Positions 41,001 to 55,609 of a stretch of DNA of 64,000 nt are shown piece by piece. This DNA comes from Trichoplax adhaerens (Eukaryota; Animalia; Placozoa), in NCBI RefSeq assembly GCF_000150275.1, contig NW_002060945.1:7755684-7819683 (forward strand), in the 5' to 3' direction. Each line of letters opens with the position of its first letter. Position 1 is the first letter of the stretch. The notes beneath the pieces were generated by a model that was given only the letters and a program-made list of their open reading frames with translations, made no database searches and was not told the DNA's origin. The position numbers and the translations under genes were made by a program.

Positions 41001-43702
41001 TGATTTATGACAGAAACTACAAAATACCCTTGTCGGAATTGGTTCACTATTAGGGGAATTATCGTCAAATTCGAGTAACATTATAGAAATTATCAAGAAT
41101 AGTTATCAGGTAATGTTTCATTAGCGCCTGTTCATTTAGAATTAATTTTGTACCTGGTACTTAATTATTTATGTTTTACACCCATATTAGACATTAGTCT
41201 CTACAGTGCAATTATTTAGCACAAGTACCAACGACTTAAATGTTGCTTACGATGCAATATGCGATAGGTAAGATTAAAAATGAAAGGTTGTTAAATTAAA
41301 ATGCCTCTTCCGGAACTATCTTACTGTAATTGATTTACTATATTTGTATTAGCAATGATGTAAGAAAAGGGTCAAATACCTGCACTAATGTTGGCCTTGG
41401 CAAAAAGGTTAGAAGAGATCATCTTGTCTGCATGGGATCTTTAGATGCGGCCTCTTGTTTCCTCTTGCATTCTAAATACTAGTTATTGCTTTAATAGGTT
41501 ACATTTAATGTTTCCGTTACTGCAACGCGATGTCCCCGTCCTGGCATCACACAAGAAGAGTAAGTTCTCCTATTCCTTTTTTTTTGATTTTAACTCAATA
41601 AGGATCCTTACGTTTATTTTTCATTTGAACGTATATTAGATTTAAAATTCGTGTCCTAGGATTTGGTGAAGTCACTGTTAGGGCGAAGTATGTTTGTGAA
41701 TGTGGTTGCGCTCTAGGACAAGCAGCAGTAAGTCAACATATAAGTCTATATACTTTATATTCACAATATTCACAAACTTAATAAACCTATTCAAAGGTAC
41801 CAAATAGTCCAAGATGTACAATGGGAAATGGTACTTACGCTTGTGGAGTTTGTGTCTGCAACCCAGGAAGGTTAGATAAACTGGCTTTGACTGTACACGT
41901 ATGTGTATCTAGGTGGTCGCTATTAACTTTAACGATTACGAAATTATAGATTTGGAAATCTGTGCCAATGTGACTCAGAAGCTGCCTTCTCTGATACATC
42001 TGGTTGTAAAGTGTACGTTTAATAGATTTCGTTATAATTCTACACTATACTAGATGTGCTGTCTGATTGAGATCCAATTCTTTTATGGAATTATAGAAAC
42101 AGTACCGCTATTCTATGCAGCAATCGAGGAGATTGTCAATGCGGCAGTTGCTACTGTAGACAACCACAGGTACTATATTTGTACAGTGCTACTTCTGCTT
42201 AATGACTTATTTTAGGACCAGGATATAATAGAGTTCTATTATTTCATAGAATGGAATTGGTCGAGTATATGGAAAGTTTTGCGAATGTGATGATTTTAGT
42301 TGTCCCCGCGGAGTAAATGGTTTAATTTGCTCTGGTAAAAAATTTTTATTTTTTATTATTTTTACGTAACTGGGGTTGTATATTTATTGAATTATTCTAC
42401 CCAATTAGGCAATGGGCAATGCTCATGTTCTGGTTGCCAGTGTAACCCCGGCTGGTCTCAATTAGACTGTAGTTGTCCAACCTCTACAGCCTCCTGCATT
42501 TCATCGATATCAAATGTGAATGTCGTAAATTAGTCTAGTACCGTTATGCATCGTGTAATATTAGCATTTAATTCTTTAGGAATTGTGTAATGGTCAAGGT
42601 ACTTGCGAATGTGGAAGATGCAACTGTAATTCATCGATTTATACAGGAAGGGCATGTGATTATTGTCCGGTAGGTCTAAAAATTCCTAGATAAAAATGTA
42701 GTGTTTCTTAGAAAAGGTTGCTAAATGATAGCTAATATAACTGTTCTGTGATAGACTTGTCCCGGCATTTGTTCAGCGAACAAAGAATGTGTTGAATGTA
42801 AAGTCTTTGCGTCTGGCCAGTACAGCCCGGCGGAATGCTCCGCAAAATGTAGCAATGTTATTATAACAACTGTTAATACTTTAAACGGTAATAGTTAAAT
42901 TTCGTTTACGTATTGACAGTAAATATAACGCAGACTAAACTCATATACGTCTACGTGTGTTATAGTAATTCAAGGTCAGGAACGTTGTGTCATTCCGCGC
43001 ACGAATAGTTCATGTCAGATGATGTATGTGCATTCTTTGCTGGAAAATGGAACGTTGTTACTCGTTGTTCAAGAAAATGAAGGTAATTTTTTGTCAGACT
43101 TCATAGTTTCTACCTTCGCTTTAGGGTACCTACAAAATATACAGTTCTACTCGTAGTCTGAATCTTAGAAGGCTGATTTTAGGCTATCCTTAGTTGGCTT
43201 ACTTAAGTTTGCTTATCAAAATATTCATCTTTCTATCTTACTATATTCTTTTGGTGATTATTTAGTATGCCCTCAGCCACCAAATATAGCGGCCATTGTA
43301 GCAGGAACTGTTGGGGGTGTAATTGGTGCTGGTCTACTAATTTTATTAATTTGGAAGATTATGATGATGTTAAAGGTCTTTTATTATTGATCTATTTTTA
43401 TACAATTATTAAGCTAATAGTTGAATTTATCGCCAAATAAATGGCAAACATGCACATACTTTAACTTAGATGCAATGCTTACTTTACAGGAACGTAAAGA
43501 ATTTAATGAATTTGAATCGCAAAGAAAGAAAGAAAAATGGAATGCTGTAAGAATGATGAAATTAATGTTTAGATTTTTTACGTGTCGTACTTAAATCTGT
43601 ATACAGTCTAATGGTAGCCTTGATTTAAATCAGAACGAAAACCCACTTTATGAACCTGCAACAAGAAAATACGAAAATCCGATGTATTCCCGTAGAGTAT
43701 AA
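38034..43702 (+). CDS. ITGB: Integrin beta subunit, canonical paralogue (multi-exon, intact)
   Basis: Signal peptide [23 protein letters not shown]; PSI CAWCAD; [19 protein letters not shown]; GFGTFVDKP; [11 protein letters not shown]; I-EGF exons; [23 protein letters not shown]; tail [42 protein letters not shown]. Confidence 0.97.
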
Positions 43703-45649
43703 TGAAAGCTATTACGCCATTATTTATTATCCTTGGAGCATGATTATCAATTTTTTATTCATATCCGATTAATACTAAGGTTATAACCTGCAAGAAAGTT
43801 GTATACTCAGACATCTGCTTGAATGATTTAAATAATGTTAAAAAATTGTACGATTTGCTCAATATAATTAATGGATATTCCGATATACATGCTCAGCTTG
43901 ATGGTTTAAATTTAGTTTTGGAGCTTATGTTTCTTACCTGCTATGTTTTTAATGCGAATTGCATTATATTTGTATTCCCATGTAATGGTAACATTAGGTA
44001 ATTGTCGTCATTGGCTATATAATTTGACTGGATTAACACAATTGTTATCCCTAAATGTCCATTATATAATTGCAATATAAGCAATGATTATATGTTTCTG
44101 CAATATGTATTCAGTTGCTTATATAATTGCCGATCATGAAATATTTACTGACAAATCGTAAGGTTTTTACTATTTGGCATTGCTGCCTGTACAGCATTTA
44201 TATATACTTTCCGTTTTGTTATTCATCACTACTTATTCAGTATGATATTGGAATTTACATTGAGAAATAATTAATCAGCAGCGACTATTTGAAGATAACT
44301 GCGGAAATAACGTAACCAAAAATATTCAAGTAAATCTAATTAATATCATTACCTTAAGTCAACTCTTTCCTTGCTATAATTATGACAAGAAGCTAGCGCA
44401 AATTTCACGTAGAAGCAACAATTTACAATAACGTGACCATAAACAGTAAAGTTGTTGTTACTGTATGATTTAAGGTAGATAGACCTACTACAGCCTCTTC
44501 TGTAGTAGTATCGTAGCGTTAGTCAGTCGGTTAACTATAGCAGTAGATAATGCTGAATGCTGTATAATTAATCAGAGCGTTATAGCGTTTTAGAGAGTAC
44601 TGTACTTATACTAACTAAATATGTAACATAACTTTGTTGCTACAGTAGATATACGGTTCCACACCAGATAGCTGGTCTTTTCGTAATTCGCTAAGAATTT
44701 ATAGATACATGCATCGTTACACAACTAATACAAGCAGAAAGGTAATATTGAGCGTTGCAGTTATACGTTATTCTATGAGCTATAGTTACTCTTATGCCAA
44801 GATCCAGAACGTATGAAAAATATGTCCTATATGTTAAAAAAATGTAGTGTTTTGGGAAGAGTTCGAAAGCCTAGAGATGCTCAAAGGTTTTCCAAAGTTA
44901 AAGACGGTTCTGAAGTGTTGATAAGGTCATGATTACCCAAAATTATTTGTGACCTGAAATCTCTAGTGCTGTGAAAAGGAACGAAGCAGTTATAGTTTGA
45001 AAAGAAAAGAAATAATTTCATTAAGCCTTGCATATCATACAAACACAAACAAAATTGTACAGCTAGTGTCCATCGTAAAACATTTTTACAAAATAAAAGT
45101 TAGCTTAAACAAATAAAATTTCGTTTGAAATCACCGTGATATAAATTCTACTGTAGACTCGTTAAGATTGAAACATAATATTTCAACACAATGCAAAATT
45201 TTAACTTTAATTTTTGAAAGTGTCAATAGCATAGATTTCGATCAACCGTAAGCTACAAAATTACTTTGATTTTCCACAGCCATTACAAATAACATTATTC
45301 ATAGTTTCCCGCTCAAATTATGATGTTGATCGGTTCCTAAGCTTTCTAGCAAAATCCCAATAGAACTATGCAGTATACGTACATTAATTAACGATTAATT
45401 ACTTGATAAAACTGTACAGTATAATTAAAGGTAGTATAAAAGCCCACAATGATTGATATAACAGTGGACACTGTATGATCAATGATGATTAACCATGATG
45501 TGAATATTTCATACCGATGAAGAATTTCTGGAAGCATGAGAGCGCTACATAAAAGCATCAAATAACTTCAATGCTATGCCCTTTATATAGACTGCATAAA
45601 TAACCAATTTTTGTATTATGCAAAATAATCTACTCTCTTAACATCTCCT

Positions 45650-48600
45650 CTACCAATGTCTTCCTTCAATTGAAGCATATTGCTTTGGGATAGCTGACAT
45701 CTTATCAAAGGAACTACAGGTAGATTCAATTATGAAAGTTTGTGAAATGAATATTTCTTTTATTGTTATTAACGCGCAATGACAATATTTGTACATACCT
45801 TTTAGCGGTCATTTCTTTAACTTTATATCGCATAAGGGATGTTGCTCGTGCTGTATCCCTTAACTAATGAAAGAGATATAGACGTTAAATTCAATAGACT
45901 ATAGTCCATTATCCAAGAGAAATATTTATAACAGCAGTAGTGTAACCATCATAATAATGACTATGCCGCTATATGACATACTTTGCTTAAATTTTCTTCT
46001 TTGGCTGCAGCAATCTGCTGTCGTTTCCTATCTTTGCTCATAGCTTGAGCTGTAGTATATCTTTGCTTAAGTTCTTCCTGCTTCTTAATCCTTTAAATAA
46101 CGAAGAATTTATAGCCATATTATACTATTATTTTAGATACACAGTAAGCGTTAAATGATTGAAACTTACTTCTTCATGTTTAATTTTTGACCGGCCTGAC
46201 GAGCTTCCCTTTGCTCCTTCGCACGAAATCGTTTTTCCTCTTTAACTAACGCTGCAATCGTTTCTGCTTTTTCGAGTTTCTTCAATGGCAAATGAAATAG
46301 TTCATCACAAAACAAAGGCAATTTCAACATTAACCAACTAAATCATGATTACCAGATCCTCTTCTAGTTGTAGATGCTTCAGCCATTCGTCATGTTCTTC
46401 GGTCATCAACTTAGCAGTTTCTTGTTGCTTACGAAATTGTTTTTGCATTTTCATGCTATTCGGATATTATAATTAATTCTTACATAAGTTATGCATCATT
46501 TTGTTAAGTTTACTAACTACTTCAAAATCTAAGATTATTTCACATTTTATTAACGAATTAAGCGGCTAATTTTATAAGTAATAATTATAATATAAGAGCG
46601 ACTATGCAGTTTAGTTTCTGGCTAGCATACATCTCAGCCCTCATTTCTTCAGCCTTAATTTGCTGCTGCCGCTTATAATTAGTATCAGCTCTTAAATGCT
46701 TTAATTCAATGGAATTTTGTAAATAATGTTGATCTTCCCTATATATAAAAACGAAATGTCGCAATAAGTACCCACAGCGCTGCTAATGTGATATCACATT
46801 CAAATAATTTGTACAAGTTACTTCTAATAGCTGGTGCTTTCAAAACCTACCTTGTTTTCATCTCATTGTCATATTTCTTTTTGTCATGTTCTAGCTCACT
46901 TTTTAAATTATTTGCACCAATTCTCTACATGGCAATAGGAAGATTTAGTTATCGTCTTAATTAATTTAATTTAATGTTAGGGATTGTAGCGAATTGCTGT
47001 ACATTACAGCTACTTTGATAACATATCTTTATTGTATCTTTTATTATAGATACGAAGAGTGATGATGACATAGCTCAAATTTGATATTATCATATGCTGA
47101 TTAGATATCTTACAAGTTGATCTTCACGACTTCGGATTTGACGGTTAATTCTAGCATTTTCTTCAATTCGTAAATTTCTTAAATGATTTTGAATGGCTTT
47201 AGCGTTTCGATATTCTTCCTCTACCTTCAGATTGTACTCCTACAATGTTATCATGAAATTACGGTGTTACACTGTTGATGACATAGAATTTAGTAATCCT
47301 ACTAGGAAAGAAAGATTTCCTAACACCGTAAAGTTCAACGACACCCTAGAGGAGTTTTGATCATATCTTAACCAGTACAATTGCTACATAATCAGATCAG
47401 GACAATCATGTAGTGTTATAGAAATCTACTGGTAAGTTTATATTACTAAATAATAATCACACTTTATAGTAACTAACGCAATTTAGGAAAGTAAATGTTA
47501 TACGTATCTTTGTATGCCTTCAAGGTACGATCTAAACGTAATAGGGGCATACAATACCTTATAATTTTGAGTATCAACTAACATATTTTAGCAATTAACT
47601 TAATATATCGCGACTAACTTGATTCTTTTTTTTGGATTGATCTTGTAATATTTTCAGTTGAATTTGCTGTTCCTATTCATGTGTCAATTGTTTATTTTAT
47701 TTGCAAATGAACGAAAGACAACCTTAACGTATGTGTGTAATTTACCAATAACTTTTGTTTAGCTGATGTAATAGCTGCCAATTTAGCATCCTTCTCTTGA
47801 ATTTTTTCTATTTTGAATTTTCTTTGTACTTCATTCTCATAGTCAACTTTTGCTTTCTGTTGTTCCTACAACAAATATGTTCAGATCAGAAGCAGTACTT
47901 AAATATCAGCTGCTTACTGCGCTTACGAACAAATTGACATCCAAATATAAAGCTGTTTAATAAACTGATTCAATATCTTACGTTCCCTATAGTTAATTAT
48001 CTACCTGTGCTGCAAGTCTAGCACGATTTGATTCTCTAATTTCCTCCTTTTTGCGATTTAAATTCATTGCCATTTTTTCATCTAAAGCCAGTCTTTGTTG
48101 TTCCCAATTTAAATTCGCAAGTCTTCTGACTCTATCACTTTCTTCCTCCTCTCTATGTCTATTAAGCATTAATTCTATAATTTTCCGATCCTATTATTTA
48201 AAATTAAAATGTTAAGTATAAAGAGTATAATAGATCATTTTCGAGGCTTAACATGTGAGAAATCTTAATGTACAAAAATCAAATAACATGCATCAATAGC
48301 TTATTATTCTTTGTTACTTTTTCAGGTACTCCAATGTTAATGCTTTCCAATTTCTTTTTACGGTTTTTGATCACTTTCGAATTTCTATTACGTGCAGGCT
48401 GTTTCTTTGATCTTAAAATAATTAACAACTATATTACTTTAAACATCAGTTATATCGAAACTCGTATTTGGGTAGTTAAATTACTCTGGATAGCTTGCTA
48501 TACTACGTGTATGTTACAAGAAAACAGATAATAACTTTGGTTTGCTGTGCTTCTTAACTATCATTTGCGGAACATCTTGCTCGGAATGTGGTAATGATTC

Positions 48601-51249
48601 TCTTCTAAATTCACTGACTATCCTTTCTAACTCATCATCTACTCAAGATAGAAAAAGAGAAAGGTTTTTAAGCTTTGAATCAATCGTTATCATAAGCCTA
48701 GGTACGTAAAACTTACTAGAATACTTTCGTAAAACTTTCCCTGTTCGGCCTGATTCTTTTATTTCCTCATGAGGAGGATCAACTACGTCTTCATGTCGGT
48801 TATAATGGCAATGAAAAATATTATTTATCATTTCAAAACAGCCAAAATCGAAACTTCAGATGCAGATGCAACTTAATCAAACTGTGAAATGACTACCTGT
48901 AGCTATTGTTTCATTCTCCTGCCACATCATTCTTTCGCGCTCTTCTCGACAAAGTTTTAATTTACCTATAAACACAATAATTTCATAGTGTCGTTAGCAA
49001 TTTCCTCCACAATCGTCCTATCAAAAATAATTCCATTCTACAGCTTGTGATATTATGAATATCCTATCTTACGCCGCCTTTCCGCCTCCATATCTCTGTA
49101 ATTGGTATATATTTGACTGTACGATAAATTGGGATCAGCTTCTTTACATTGGATTTCTACTTCAGATAAACTTTTGTACAATAGTTCCGTTGGCTGATGG
49201 TTAAGTTAGAAATTAATGAAATGACAGCATAGCATTAAATGTATAGTACTTTAACTTTCTTTGCAAGCAGATATTACATGCGAAAAGAGCAAAAGATTGC
49301 AGTATATTTTAAATTTTTAATGTACCTTGATGTCGTGACGGGCACAAGCCTAGTATTGATGTAAACAAAATTTGACGACAAGGAGTATTAAATTTTGATT
49401 AATTATGAAATTAATAGTTATATTTTTACACAATGAATTGAGGTGATTAGGTTAGGTATAATTACCTCAAGTGATCTGGGGCTAGTTAAAATATATCGAC
49501 AATTTTGCATTTTGTCATCATCGAAATTATATAAGTTTAGCATCATAATTTCTTCCACCTCTTTGTCATCACCTAATGAATAGTTTTTAGCATTATCAAT
49601 TTATGATTACAGGTAATTTAGTAATAGTAGAAACGTTGCAGCGATTTCATTATGGTATTCCTAATCAAAGTAAAGTTTACGTAATAGTTTTTTAGGAATT
49701 ATTATGGACATAATCAATCAATTCTTAATGATGTCAAGTACTCCTAGTTGTAGTACCGTTCGTAATTATAATTTGGTGATGATAAAATAAAATAAACAAA
49801 AATAATTTTCGGATGATTACGTGTGCTAGGGGTCGATTACCCCTTTAAATGAAATAGAAAGTCTATTGCCTAATAACGTATTGCAATCATTCAATCTTTG
49901 CATGCAGAAATCTCTAACATAAACTAATATTATAGTGACTGTTATGATTGGAATATGCTATGTGATCATACTTACTATCGCCATCATCTTGTAAGATGTT
50001 CTGCTCATCATCGTCAACAGTTGCTCCCAGTATTAGTTCATTACCTGGAATATCGACCAATATATTATTTAGTCAAAGTTATGCCGTACATATAGTGTCC
50101 ATAAATATATAAAATTGGCGTTAAATGACCGTTTTAAATTAAGTATTATCCAATGTCTTTAGCCGTTTCCAATCTCAATGGAAAAGATACACTTTGTATG
50201 CTATCATATAATATCACTGTAACTCAATTTCGTAACTATAATGTACGCATAGGTTTGGCTACAGAAGGTTCAGCTATCGGTACAGTACATCGATGATACA
50301 TTAACGGCAAGTAAGATGCATTTCTTTAGTAGAAGAATGAATGCACATCCTATCAATAACTAGTCGCTATCTATTCTACAGTGCAATGATACATTGGTAG
50401 CCTATAATATTCATTTCTTTGCACAAGCATTGATGTGCATCCTACAGCAACTAGTCGATATCTACTGTATAACATTCATTGCGTTTGCAACAAGAATTGA
50501 TGCACGTTATACCAACAACTACCCGAATATGCACTCTACAGCTAGGCGTTTCCGCAGTTGGGCATATAACATTCATTTCTTTCGTAGGAGCATTGATGGA
50601 CATTATATATCAACTAATCGATATCTACTCTATAAGATTGATTTCTTTTGCAGAAGAATTCATGCAAGCCATACTAACAACTGGTCGACATCTACCCTAC
50701 AGTGCAATGATGCATTCGTGGCTTCAAACATTCAGATCTTTCGTAGAAGAACGGATGTACATCTAACAGCAACTAATCGATCTCTACTTAGTATTGGATG
50801 AGTGCAATCGTAACATGAAGCATTTCTTGTCGAAGGGTTGATGGACACCATTTAGCCAGTCATTACATCGATACATTGGTGATCTGGACACATAACATTC
50901 ATTTTTATTATTTTTGTAGAAGAGTTGATTTCCATCCGACATCAACTAGTTGATATCTACGGTATCTACGATACTCGATCGTGCATCACTCCATTGGTGG
51001 CCTATAAACATGAGCAACTTCTATTGCAGAAGAATTGCTATACTCAATATCATACAACAACAACCCGCAGATATCTCTTGACGACTGTAGACCGATATAC
51101 GGTCGAAGTGGCATGCAACATGGAGTTTGCATTTCGTTTGTAGCAGAATACTGGATAACCGATCATAAATAAGTGTATATATATATAGAATCGTATCGAG
51201 ACGAGTAGATCTAACCTTGACTTGGTCTCTTAACAGTTTTGGTTGCCAT
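45650..51249 (-). CDS. CCDC177: Coiled-coil domain-containing protein 177 (DUF4659 family), multi-exon
   Basis: Spliced N-terminal signature LNLYNFDD...CRYILTSPRSLEACARHDIKPTELL...EAERRRKLKLCREERERM; central VPEKDRKIIELMLNRHREEE; C-terminal TARATSLMRYKVKEMTAKSSFDKM. The first exon is MATKTVKRPSQ|G with ATG at 51249. The exact 3' end is uncertain. Confidence 0.85.
50310..51110. repeat. Degenerate minisatellite in CCDC177 intron 1
   Basis: About 8 imperfect copies of 'cattcatttcttt.cagaagaattgatgcacat.cta.cagcaactagtcgatatctac'. These explain the spurious ORFs 50394-50801 and 50479-50766. Confidence 0.85.
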
Positions 51250-51569
51250 GATACATATCCAAGGATACCTGGCGGGACGATTTTGTAGGATGATTTCGAA
51301 TTAGCAGCCGGTGGCCACCGTCACAGCTAACAGTAGATTACTATACCGTACTTGTACTTACTATACACTCATACCGGTGGCAACAGGAGGGGTGGTTTCC
51401 CTTTTCCCGCCAAAGTTTGTCTGACAGGCAAAGATGAGTGAAAACACTTGAACAGCACCAATACAGTACACATAGTAAGTTTCCACAACGACTGTATGGT
51501 GTACTATACAGTAGACACTCGGACGTAAAACAGCATGATGGCAACAGACCTGAGAAAAGTTTGGTAAAA

Positions 51570-52710
51570 TAAAATTCACTTTCTTACTTTATATAAAATA
51601 TGAATAAAATAGAAATCAAATGGATAAGAATAAGTGTTAGTTTGTTATTTCGTATAAAATATGACAGATCAGATGACAACATGACCGGCATGGTTCAACT
51701 TCAACGCTAAAATAAACTTCACCTTCTTACTTTATATAAAACATGAAGCACACTGAATAAGAATGAAGGTTAATTTCTTATTTCGACAAAACATCACCAA
51801 CATGCTTAAACTTAAACGCTGAAATAAAGTTCACTTTCTTACTTTATATAAAACATGAAGCACGCTAAATAAGAATGAGGGTTAGTGTATTATTTCCTAC
51901 AAAATATGGCCAACATGGTTAAAATAAAACTCTAAAATAAAGTTTACTTTCTTACTTTGTGTAAAATATTGTAGTGTACGCGTTGTTAACCCTAGGTTCT
52001 TAATCCGTCAACTCAAAATTCTGAGTTGTTAAAATCAAGCAAATCCCTAATGTGACACAAAATAGTCAACACCGTATAATTGACTTATAGCAGTGAAGTT
52101 TATGAACGTCCGTGTATCGTCCGTCGGAGAAGAACCCCAATTTCTTCCCCTCATCATAGCAGTCGAAAATGGCTAAGATAAACCGGATAATCGACTTATA
52201 AATTATCATCAATTGCTCCTCTACAAAGGAGTCATCCATCACTTTAGTACTTTGCTTAATAGCATTGCCTAATATGGCTATCAATTGCGGCCTTATATAG
52301 CACATACTAAACGTTTACTGTTTCATCATGCAAGCCTTATCAACACTTACTTTACGAAGACATACAATTCTTCACTACATACTATCACTGTGTTGCTTAA
52401 ACAAAACTACTGTAATTAGCTGAAATCACTACAAACGTGAACTACACTGAATAAGAAAGAATAAGGGTTAGTTTATTATTTCGACAAAACATCAATAACA
52501 TGCTTAAACTTAAACGCTATAATAAAGTTCACTTTCTTGCTTTGTATAAAACATGAAGCACGCTGAATAAGAATGAGGGTTAGTTTATTATTTCGTATAA
52601 AACATGACGGATCAGATGACAACATGACCGACATGGTTAAACTTAAACTCTGAAATAAAGTTCACTTTCTTACTTTGTCTAAAACTTGAAGCACACAGAA
52701 TAAGAATATT
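51570..52710. repeat. Tandem repeat of about 110-140 bp units, split by a unique insert (about 51965-52440)
   Basis: 'ttcactttcttactttatataaaacatgaagcac.ctgaataagaatgagggttagt...aacatg.ttaaacttaaacgct.aaataaag' recurs at about 51575, 51718, 51830, 51943, then at about 52528 and 52661. Confidence 0.85.
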
Positions 52711-53540
52711 CGCTGCAAATTGCATTCATAAATGCTTCCTATATACTGTAGAACGAACGGACAATTGCACACAATCTTGCAATCTAAAGTACAATGGAAC
52801 AGTAGCCATGCTGCAAGCAGTCTCAGCTGGTAGAAGTAAAAAATAAAACCTCTATGGTCACCATTCACAACCATAGAGGTTTCGCAAGCGTACAAGTAAA
52901 AAGCTTTCGGATCATATGTGATTTACGGTCACCAAAAAACATAAGCTCTCTATTCCAAGGCTTTTTATCCACCTTAGACAGAGTATCAAATTACCCGCAG
53001 AAAGAAACTACCTTAAGCTCTCCGTTTCTTTAAGTTTTGCCCAGGAATATCCTAATTTATCCTTAGACTTTTTCATCCATCTCGAGGTTTCACAATCATA
53101 GAAGTAAATAGCTTTCTTTCGCGCAATGTCGTAAATTGCGTTTGTGAATACTTTCTTATTTATAACAGACAATTGCACACAATCTAATGTTCGATTGAAA
53201 AATAGTCGTGCTGTAGTCTCAGCTGGTAGAGGTAAAAAAAACCTCCATGGTCACCACTCACAACCATAAAAGTAAAAACCTTTCTTTCGCGCAATGCTGC
53301 AAATTGTGTTCTATGAATGCTTTCTATTTAGAATCTTCGAACAGACAATTGCACACAATCTTACAATTTAACGTACAATTAAGAGTCATGATGCTGTAAG
53401 TAGTCTCAGCGAGTAGAGGTAAAGAACCTGTATGGTCACCACTCACAACCATAAAAGTAAAACCTTTCTTCCGAACAGTGCTGTAAATTGCATTTATGAA
53501 ATACTTTCCACTGTATAGAATAGACAATTTCATGCAATCT
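52710..53540. repeat. Tandem repeat of about 180 bp units
   Basis: 'gacaattgcacacaatct...agtctcagc..gtaga.gtaaa...tatggtcacca.tcacaaccata' at about 52760, 53168 and 53344, with a partial copy at 53523. Confidence 0.85.
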
Positions 53541-55609
53541 AAAATGCTGTATAAATATTATCTAGCATATTATGTATAGCACTGTGATAAAGTGACATCA
53601 AAATGATCTGGTAAGAATTTCCTTTCGTTATTAACTTCGCATTATGATTTGAACTCGTAAAGCATCCTTTCAATGATACAATGCTATAAATGGCGTATTG
53701 TAATATTGTGTACTTCATGTAGAGTTGTAACTAGTTGTAACGATAGGATTTTTCTTCGTTTAGAATCTCTCTCATATCATATTAAAGATATACTCATCTA
53801 ATTAAAGTAACACACAAAATCCCCTCATATTATACGTATTATACGTAGTAACGTAGATATCTGCAAGGAATGGACAATTACATACGCTATAATTACAAAT
53901 TGTTAACTCTACAAAAATCCGATCATTACTTAGTCACTCGACTAATACAATGACAGGTTTTACAATATTCCTGAATGCAGGTCCAGTTACGCCTTAGGAA
54001 TCTGAATTCTCGCGAGTACAGCATATCCACCATTGCGAATTTCCAATCACACATGGCTTATTATTCAGACAGTAGACTCGTTTATATGATTAGAGCAAGA
54101 TGATTTCTGACTCTCCGACTGGAGTAAAATAGTAAAAACAGAAATAGTTTATAGCAATCGATGCAAGGATAATTATAATCAATGATAATTATTTACTATA
54201 CAGTATATCATGATTTCAAGATAGAAACTACGATACAATATACGGTAATGTATAAATCCTATAAATGTTAGATTTCAAAATGTAAATCGGCTCTGGTATC
54301 CTTGCTCCATTATAGCTCCAATGTTATATTTCGATACAACTATGTTGTCGGGATATCAAGACATCAAATATCATCCGATTTTATGCCTGTCTTACTCCCT
54401 ATTTTGACTATGGTATGCCAAATTTACGGTAGGTATTTTTATCTACGCGCCGTACAAGAAAAATTGTAGATAATTTCATAACCTATTCATACAAGGATAA
54501 TTATGCAATCCTCAAGATATTCTTATAACCTAAAGGAATATCGATTGTAGACTAAGTACATGCCGTGTCAATGCGATTAAAGCTATTAAATCAATTTGAT
54601 AAGAAACCATCAATGAAGAGTTCAACAATTGTACACACTTATAGAGACAGTGTATATTCAATCGTGGTACATCTTTTAATATATAGTTTGCAAGGTAGGA
54701 ATAGAAAGCCATTCCCTTACAATGTGTAGATAGGACTGCAAATAATTTCTAAAATTACTTGTTAACTATGACTGACGAGATCATTAGAATAATAATACGG
54801 CTAATAAATAGTACTGCACATTGTAGAAATTATACTGAACATTTATTGTAACTATACTATAATAAGCCATCATTATGTGTTGCAATTACCACAAATTAAA
54901 GTAATGACTAAAAGTCCTCACTCAATCATAGTTACGGTCTGCGAGAATGTCCGATCGGAAGCTATATTAGTTACACTCTTTTTTTCTATACGTTATTACT
55001 GTATCTCTACTCAATAGGTTGCATTACTTCAGCTAATATTATGTAATATGGTAAATCAGAAGGTAATTACTTATTGTTACTATGAGTTTTTTCACTGTCA
55101 ATATGTTACTGCTATATCTTACTGGACATATTTTCGTACTGCTTGATATTGCATTAATTCAGTATAATTTATAGCAGTATATCTACGTGAATTATCATAT
55201 CCTAATAGTTCGTTATCTCTGTGTATTGAAAGCTATATCTAATCAATACACTTGCACGAGTCTATGAGTCATACAAATTTGCTCAAAAATTAGCTCCATA
55301 AAATAGAATATTACTAGATCTTGCGCTACCATATATGATATTGTAACTCTCTACGGATTACTGACTAAGTCGATACAATTATTAACCCTACCGTTCATAC
55401 GTAAGGTAGTGTAACGTCTATCTCGTTATAACCTATCGAAAGCTATATAGTAACTAATAAAGATATCTTTACATACTAATACTAACAAAGAAATTTAGTT
55501 CAGAAATTCACTTTTATCTACAATATTGATAACCATACTTTATCATCGACTGTCAATTGAATATAAAGGCTTCACTTCATATCTCTAGGTTATAAAAAGG
55601 AAACATGTA

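Noticed and set aside
50394-51143. ORFs of 135, 95 and 72 aa
   Set aside because: Translations of the intronic minisatellite, antisense to CCDC177.
51570-53540. CRISPR-like appearance of the repeated units
   Set aside because: The context is eukaryotic, the units are long and degenerate without unique equal-length spacers, and there are no cas genes.
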